From IMG/VR virus record IMGVR_UViG_3300028601_000020: a DNA stretch of 64,000 nt; one strand, written 5' to 3'. Positions 58,428 through 64,000 of the stretch are shown piece after piece (within the stretch, counting starts at the first letter, position 1; the number at the start of each line of letters is the position of its first letter). The translations under genes were made by a program, and so were the position numbers. The DNA is from a virus (Duplodnaviria > Caudoviricetes). The notes under the pieces were generated by a model that saw only the letters and a list, made by a program, of their open reading frames with translations, had not been told where the DNA came from and did no database searches.

Positions 58428-58766
58428 ATGAAACATTTTAGTTCGTTTATTGTTGAAATGTCCGAGGAAATTCTTGATGCCGAAGTAACTTTTACTCCGT
58501 ATGATGTAAAGACAGACAAAAACGGAAAAGTAACTTCATTTAAAATCAGAACCGCTTTTGAAGAAGGACGCAATTCCATTGTCATGAAAGACAAAGGACT
58601 CGAACGTGCATTTATTGCGTGGTACGGAGAAGCAAAAATTAAAAAAGCACTCGAAAAAGGTGGCGTTTCTTCTCTTCACAAAACCGAAGTTTATTCCAGT
58701 ATTTCAAATAAAGGACTTGATATGTATATTTACTTTGATAATAAGAAAATATCGCTTAAAGTATAA
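58428..58766 (+). CDS. hypothetical protein with CTS-like start
   Basis: MKHFSSFIVE. Confidence 0.65.
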   Translation: MKHFSSFIVEMSEEILDAEVTFTPYDVKTDKNGKVTSFKIRTAFEEGRNSIVMKDKGLERAFIAWYGEAKIKKALEKGGVSSLHKTEVYSSISNKGLDMYIYFDNKKISLKV

Positions 58767-58778
58767 GGATAAACAAAA

Positions 58779-59360
58779 ATGGCATGGCATATTATAGAAG
58801 AAAAACCCAATTGGGAATATTCTGATACTCCAAACACAGATAAAAAACCAATTGATCATTATGATTATGATAATAATGCGGTTCATGTAAATGGAACGAA
58901 GCATGTTTTTTCTGGTGAGAAATTTGTTTTAGCAAGACAGCGTTTTCATGAACATCCGGGACATGGAGAATTGTATGTGAAATATGCTCCAATTACGGCG
59001 ATTTATGATTCTGGAATTCTTTCTTGGGTGTATACTCTTCCTGATGATATAGAAATAAAAAATGCAACTGGGTGGGAAGCAGGAGAAGCAAATTTGTTTT
59101 ATGACGCAAGCGGAAATCCAATATCAGTAAGTGGGACCGATATACTGGACGATCAATTTATAAATACTTGGAACGTGTTTTTTGTTGAAGTTGATGAAGT
59201 ATTAGAAACAGGAAGATTGATAATCTATCCAGAAGATATTTCTTATACTGAAGCCGCTTCGTTAATGCGAAAACATGATTTGCCCGTGATGAAAACTTTA
59301 TATATAGATTATTCACCATTAACTATTAACGGTGATATTTTAACAATAAATCAAATTTAA
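58779..59360 (+). CDS. hypothetical protein upstream of the DGR target
   Basis: 193-aa ORF with AAGGA RBS. Confidence 0.65.
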   Translation: MAWHIIEEKPNWEYSDTPNTDKKPIDHYDYDNNAVHVNGTKHVFSGEKFVLARQRFHEHPGHGELYVKYAPITAIYDSGILSWVYTLPDDIEIKNATGWEAGEANLFYDASGNPISVSGTDILDDQFINTWNVFFVEVDEVLETGRLIIYPEDISYTEAASLMRKHDLPVMKTLYIDYSPLTINGDILTINQI

Positions 59361-59369
59361 GGAAAGAAT

Positions 59370-60725
59370 ATGCCTAACATTGATACAAATGCGAAACCTC
59401 TAACGGGGTTTAATTCAAAGGTTTTTGGTATGGATTCGTCTGGAACGCCGGGATGGATTCAAGCATCTTTTTTTGCTCCTGAAGTGTATTCAATAGGAAT
59501 TCCCGGAACGGCGGGGTTTGGGGTAGGGGTTGCTCCTGAATTGCCGGATGGTATGTCTCCTCTCCCCGGAACGAATTCTGTATTATCTCCAGAATTCGGG
59601 AATTATCAATATTCAGACGGGTCAATTTGTTGTTTCGTCCCAACGTACTTTTACAAGTACGGAACAGGATCAAACGGTCTCTCAGTAAACCAAGTTGACA
59701 TTAAGCCGTACTCGTTTTTCAATAGTGTAGCCGAAGCAAACGCAAATGGGTATACTGTTCACCGAGCGTTTTATAATGGCGGGGTGTTGCGAAGGGGCTA
59801 TTTTCTTGATAAATGGCATAACTCTGCAAATGGAACGGTTGCTAGTTCATTGAAAAATGGAATTCCTATTTCTTCGGCAACAAGAGGTACTTTGATTGGC
59901 CAAGATTTCGCTTCTTTGGGAGTCGCCGCAAATTATTCAGGAGCGATTGATCTTGCCAAAAAACGTGGACCGGGGTGGCATTGTGCAACATTGTTCCAGT
60001 TTACGGCCGTTGCATTAGCACAACTGGCACACGGGCAAGCGTCAACAAACAGTACTTATTGTGGTTGGTATGATCCTGCTGGAGTAACGAATTTCCCGAA
60101 AGGATACAACAACAACGCATATAAAGATCATCTGGACGCAACGGTTATTTATCAGCCAGACGGCAGCGGTACTACATGCGGATTGACTGGTTCAGCTAGT
60201 ATCCCTTCAAAGGTTTCCCATAATGGCCAAGAATGCGGCGTGATGGATTTGAACGGACTGGTATATAACATTGCACTTGGTTTGACTTCTGATGGAACAA
60301 ATTATTATATTTTGAAGCCAGATGTTAATATTAGCGCATTGACTTCTGGAGCATCGTTATCAACAGATGTGTGGGGAGCATCGTCGTATGCAGCGAATTA
60401 CACGAACGTTGGATCTTCTTATGGTGCAATGGACAACGCGGCCGTTAATAAAATAATGGGCAGTGCAAATCAAGTTTTAAGTGAAGATGTAAGTGGTTTA
60501 GGCTGGGAAATGACGGGGGCAGGAATTCCGTTGCTTAATGGCGTGGGAGGAAGTAATATGTTTGGCAATGATTATTTTTATCCTAAATTGGTTTCCGCAT
60601 TGTGTCCGGTTGTTGGTGGGCGTTGGAACTCCACTGCGTCTGCTGGTTGTTGGGCTTTGATTTTGGATACTTCGCGTGCTAATGCGAACTTCGGTGTTGG
60701 GCTTCGCTCTGCCTTGTATCTTTGA
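59370..60725 (+). CDS. DGR target protein, probable C-type-lectin (Mtd/FGE-like) fold adhesin
   Basis: SHNG...GVMDLNG; C-terminal VR GGRWN...AGCW...VGLRSA. Confidence 0.85.
   Translation: MPNIDTNAKPLTGFNSKVFGMDSSGTPGWIQASFFAPEVYSIGIPGTAGFGVGVAPELPDGMSPLPGTNSVLSPEFGNYQYSDGSICCFVPTYFYKYGTGSNGLSVNQVDIKPYSFFNSVAEANANGYTVHRAFYNGGVLRRGYFLDKWHNSANGTVASSLKNGIPISSATRGTLIGQDFASLGVAANYSGAIDLAKKRGPGWHCATLFQFTAVALAQLAHGQASTNSTYCGWYDPAGVTNFPKGYNNNAYKDHLDATVIYQPDGSGTTCGLTGSASIPSKVSHNGQECGVMDLNGLVYNIALGLTSDGTNYYILKPDVNISALTSGASLSTDVWGASSYAANYTNVGSSYGAMDNAAVNKIMGSANQVLSEDVSGLGWEMTGAGIPLLNGVGGSNMFGNDYFYPKLVSALCPVVGGRWNSTASAGCWALILDTSRANANFGVGLRSALYL
60603..60714 (+). repeat. DGR variable repeat (VR)
   Basis: 112-nt ungapped match to TR with 17 mismatches, all opposite TR adenines. 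Confidence 0.96.
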
Positions 60726-60750
60726 GTCGTCTCGCGGTAGCGAAGACGAC
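60726..60750 (+). promoter_or_regulatory. DGR target-recognition hairpin/cruciform
   Basis: GTCGTCTCGC-GGTA-GCGAAGACGAC directly after the target stop codon. Confidence 0.8.
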
Positions 60751-60777
60751 ATAACACGAATAGATTTGGAGATAAGA

Positions 60778-61170
60778 ATGAACGTAAATTATGAAGCAAC
60801 GTTAGATCATAAATACATAGAGTTTGCAAAGTTGCTTAATTGTTATCTTAATCATTTTCCTAAATTTGAAAAATATGCATTAACCCAAGAAATAAGAAAA
60901 ACATCGTATGAAATGTATTGTTTGATGATTGAAGCCCAAAAAAGATATCACAAGAAAACAACTTTGTCTAATCTCAACATCAAACACGAACAACTTAGAA
61001 TGTTGGTTCGCTTGGCTTATTCTCTTGAATATTTTAAATACAATGATGGTTCAAAAACGAACACAGAAGATAAAGCCACTCATAGATATTTCGCTTTGTC
61101 TCGGATGATAGATGAAATTGGAAGAATGATAGGAGGATGGATGAAGTCACTCAAATCTGAAAAGATATAA
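60778..61170 (+). CDS. avd: DGR accessory variability determinant
   Basis: HFPKFEKYALTQEIR, KKTTLSNL, IDEIGRMIGGW. Confidence 0.92.
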   Translation: MNVNYEATLDHKYIEFAKLLNCYLNHFPKFEKYALTQEIRKTSYEMYCLMIEAQKRYHKKTTLSNLNIKHEQLRMLVRLAYSLEYFKYNDGSKTNTEDKATHRYFALSRMIDEIGRMIGGWMKSLKSEKI

Positions 61171-61198
61171 TGATGTTTGAAAAGGAATCATCTTAACA

Positions 61199-61310
61199 TG
61201 TCCGATTGTTGGTAGGAATTGGAACAACAATGCGAATGCTGGTTGTTGGGCTTTGAATTTGAATAATTCGCGTGCTAATGCGAACAACAATGTTGGGCTT
61301 CGCTCTGACT
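61199..61310 (+). repeat. DGR template repeat (TR)
   Basis: 12 AAY codons in the VR frame; lies between avd and RT. Confidence 0.96.
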
Positions 61311-61431
61311 CGGAACTACCTCGTATTCTAAAAAGAAATGGTGGATCCAAGGGAGATGGTTTCTTGGGGTTTCCCGAAATCGGTTTGGTATTATTTTTCT
61401 AGTAGGATTAAATTCTCGAAAGTCAAATGAT

Positions 61432-62418
61432 ATGAAGCGCGTAGGATTTTTGTTTGAGAAAACATTTACAAAAGAATCTCTTTTTGATGCGTATTTAGTT
61501 GCTTCAAAAGGAAAACACAATAAAAGGCAATTCTTTGAATTTGAGAAAAATTTAGCACACAATATTGATTTATTATATGAATCAATTCATGACGGGTCAT
61601 ATAAACCGAAAAAATATTTTAAATTTGAAGTCTATGAACCAAAGAAAAGAACCATTTATGCTCCTGCTTTTAGAGACATTGTTGTTCAACATGCAATTTA
61701 TAAAGTGATATATCCTATTTTCAATAAAACCTTTATTGATCAATCATTCGCTTGTAGAGTGGGATATGGAACACACAAAGCGGCAGATTATGCTCAAGAA
61801 TCCATGAGAAAATCGGCTATTGATAGTTATACGATCAAACTTGATATACGAAAATTCTTTTATAGAATTGATAGAAGTGTTCTAAGAAAATTGATTGAAA
61901 AGAAAATTAAAGATAAACAATTTGTTGATATCATGATATTGTTTTGCGACTATCCAGATCCTATTGGAATTCCAATAGGAAATTTATTAAGTCAAATTTA
62001 TGCTCTTATATTTTTAAATCCTCTTGATCATTTCATAAAAAGAACACTTAAAATAAAATATTATTGCAGATACGTTGATGATTTTGTTTTATTTGATTTA
62101 ACCTCTGATCAATGCAAATGTTGTTTAAATAAAATTCGAGAATTCATCAATAAAGAGTTAAACTTACAGCTTTCACACTATACAATAGCGAAAACAATAA
62201 AAGGAATAAATTTTGTAGGATATAGAACATGGAGATCAAAAAGATTTATTCGTAAAAGAAGCCTTTATATTTTTAAAAAAGCACTCAAAAATAAATTATA
62301 TAAATCTTTGGCATCTTGTCTAGGACACGCAAAAAGAACTCATTCCTTAAAAAGAATGCTAACCATGATACAAGAGGAAATAAATGGCAATAATTTATCA
62401 GTACAAAAAACACATTGA
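61432..62418 (+). CDS. DGR reverse transcriptase
   Basis: PKKRTIYAPAFRDIVVQH, LDIRKFF, GIPIGNLLSQ, RYVDDF, NFVGY. Confidence 0.96.
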   Translation: MKRVGFLFEKTFTKESLFDAYLVASKGKHNKRQFFEFEKNLAHNIDLLYESIHDGSYKPKKYFKFEVYEPKKRTIYAPAFRDIVVQHAIYKVIYPIFNKTFIDQSFACRVGYGTHKAADYAQESMRKSAIDSYTIKLDIRKFFYRIDRSVLRKLIEKKIKDKQFVDIMILFCDYPDPIGIPIGNLLSQIYALIFLNPLDHFIKRTLKIKYYCRYVDDFVLFDLTSDQCKCCLNKIREFINKELNLQLSHYTIAKTIKGINFVGYRTWRSKRFIRKRSLYIFKKALKNKLYKSLASCLGHAKRTHSLKRMLTMIQEEINGNNLSVQKTH

Positions 62419-62818
62419 TTCCGTTACTACAATTTATATAAAACTTCCAGAAGATACTATTTATAATGAACTTGCTGTAATTGATGGCATAACTTATGTT
62501 TCTGTTCCGGATAATGTTGTTCTTCCTGAACAACCAACAGAAATTTCCGTAACTGTTGCAGAAATAACAGATGATTTGCGATCCCGTTTAAGGAAAGAAT
62601 CGGCTCATTTGCAATTGATTGATAATCAATTCACAGAAAAACTACGGAAAAAATATTCCGTTGAAGATGAACTTTATTTCAGTAGGATTGCAATTGGTTT
62701 CCTTCTTGGTAAATATGTTTTTGAAGATGATGAAATGGGGTTGCTTTCTGAATATCAACAATTCGTTGAAGATTTGCGCGAATGGGCAAGGAACGAGAGA
62801 AAAAATCTTGGTTTGTGA
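62384..62818 (+). CDS. hypothetical protein after the RT, possibly fibre-assembly related
   Basis: GAGG RBS; ELAVIDGITYVSVPD...LPEQP. Confidence 0.6.
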   Translation: MAIIYQYKKHIDSVTTIYIKLPEDTIYNELAVIDGITYVSVPDNVVLPEQPTEISVTVAEITDDLRSRLRKESAHLQLIDNQFTEKLRKKYSVEDELYFSRIAIGFLLGKYVFEDDEMGLLSEYQQFVEDLREWARNERKNLGL

Positions 62819-62832
62819 GACAATCATAAAAG

Positions 62833-63411
62833 ATGAATATTGAAACAAATTTGTGGATTACATCCGATCATCATTTTTTACATTCAAATATTGCAAAGTA
62901 TTGTAACAGACCAGAGAATTTCAATAAAATTCTTGTGAATAATTGGAATTCTCTGGTTCATGATGATGATATTGTCTTACACTTAGGCGATTTTTCTGCT
63001 GGTGTTGGTTCTTATCCGAACGGTTACAAGACACTAAAAATAATTTCTGCTTCTTTAAAAGGAACAAGATTTCTTATCAGAGGCAATCATGATCATAAAC
63101 CAGTGAATTATTTCACTGATGAATTGTGGTTCAATGAAGTTTATCAACATTTTATTATTGACGAATACTTTTTCTCCCATTATCCTTTGGTTGTCTTTCC
63201 TAGTGATTCACGACGAATCATGAACAAGAAAAAACATCTTCTTTCTGTTTTCAAGAAAGAAAAATGCCGGTATGTCATTCACGGACATACCCACGCTCCT
63301 CATCCTAACCTACCAAATCATTTTAACGTTTGTGTTGATTTGCATGGTTACTCACCCGTTTTATTCTCCGACATAAAAAAATATTTTCATCAAAACAAAG
63401 AAATTGCTTGA
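62833..63411 (+). CDS. calcineurin-like metallophosphoesterase
   Basis: TSDHHF, HLGDF, RGNHD, SHYP, HGHTH. Confidence 0.92.
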   Translation: MNIETNLWITSDHHFLHSNIAKYCNRPENFNKILVNNWNSLVHDDDIVLHLGDFSAGVGSYPNGYKTLKIISASLKGTRFLIRGNHDHKPVNYFTDELWFNEVYQHFIIDEYFFSHYPLVVFPSDSRRIMNKKKHLLSVFKKEKCRYVIHGHTHAPHPNLPNHFNVCVDLHGYSPVLFSDIKKYFHQNKEIA

Positions 63412-63452
63412 AAAGTTCTTCTGGATAGTTTATTCTGTTTGTGAAAGTTAAG
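63408..63452 (+). promoter_or_regulatory. sigma70 early promoter with GTGAAAGTTAAG leader
   Basis: TTGAAA-N17-TATTCT; ATAGTTTATTCTGTTTGTGAAAGTTAAGTGA is identical to the 36733 promoter. Confidence 0.75.
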
Positions 63453-63502
63453 TGAGACGTTTGATTGAGTTGATTGAGTTGATTCTGAAAGAGAGGTTAA
63501 TC

Positions 63503-63817
63503 ATGGGCGCAAAAGAAATGAAAGAGTCTTTAATCAAGTCGCGTGAAAATAATATTGCTCACCTTCGCGCTGCAAAACCTGACGGGCGTAAAAGTTATGG
63601 CAGTTACAAACCAGTGATTGTTTATCCGCCTGTTCCGGGTTCTGGATACGCAAAAAAGACAGAAGTTCTCTGTCGTGATTGGACCGAAAGCAAGTATGAA
63701 CGCGGAGAAACGTTCAACACAAAAAAAGAAGCAGCCGCGTTTGCTGCCGGCGTCATTGAAGATCGTGTTGCCGCTCTTAAAAAAGACATTGAAAAAATTG
63801 AAGCGAGGTACAAATAA
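63503..63817 (+). CDS. early hypothetical protein
   Basis: GAGG RBS + ATG at 63503. Confidence 0.6.
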   Translation: MGAKEMKESLIKSRENNIAHLRAAKPDGRKSYGSYKPVIVYPPVPGSGYAKKTEVLCRDWTESKYERGETFNTKKEAAAFAAGVIEDRVAALKKDIEKIEARYK

Positions 63818-64000
63818 TGAAAGCACTAAGCGGTTGTGACTTTGTTCGTAACTCTAAATGGGATCCGCAAGAACGAACCGAAAAAGGTTGGGCTTTGTGG
63901 GCGAAGCGTGAAGCCGCTCGGTTGAGCAAACGAGATGGTTTCAAGTGGAATGCTTCACTTTGTCATATTGAGCGTGACGGCGAAAAAATGCTACGAATCA

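Larger units (their letters stand above)
59370..62418 (+). mobile_element. diversity-generating retroelement (target/VR, hairpin, avd, TR, RT)
   Basis: VR/TR pair with adenine-specific mismatches next to Avd and RT genes. Confidence 0.96.

Noticed and set aside
61432-62418. RT as a group II intron or retron
   Set aside because: Short RT with no maturase domain, flanked by Avd and a TR/VR pair, so DGR class
63461-63484. TTGATTGAG tandem repeat
   Set aside because: Under three copies in an early leader; no evidence of function

Overview
A 64-kb AT-rich segment of a large T4-like myophage. It carries the head/tail block (gp16-gp23, gp3), recombination, replication and late-transcription genes (uvsY, uvsW, gp55, gp47, gp46, gp45, gp44, gp62, regA, dut), an early accessory region with sigma70 promoters, eight tRNA or tRNA-like genes, thyX and a radical SAM gene. 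The DNA polymerase is split into two genes, and the second has an ORF-less group I intron in motif B. Notable accessory biology: (i) a complete diversity-generating retroelement (target, hairpin, Avd, TR, RT; all 17 VR/TR mismatches at TR adenines); (ii) at least eight homing-endonuclease-like genes, several of which split genes or replaced part of a tRNA or gene and left a scar of the old allele, most with late promoters and structured leaders; (iii) about ten ORFs starting with a T4 capsid-targeting-like peptide fused to enzymes (HD hydrolase, PRTase, J-domain, ParB-like, ferritin-like, metalloprotease); (iv) a candidate late small RNA made of anti-Shine-Dalgarno repeats; (v) PEP-CTERM and LapG-like envelope genes; (vi) a 1.4-kb hairpin-rich non-coding region. 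All calls come from reading motifs and synteny by eye; no database searches were run.
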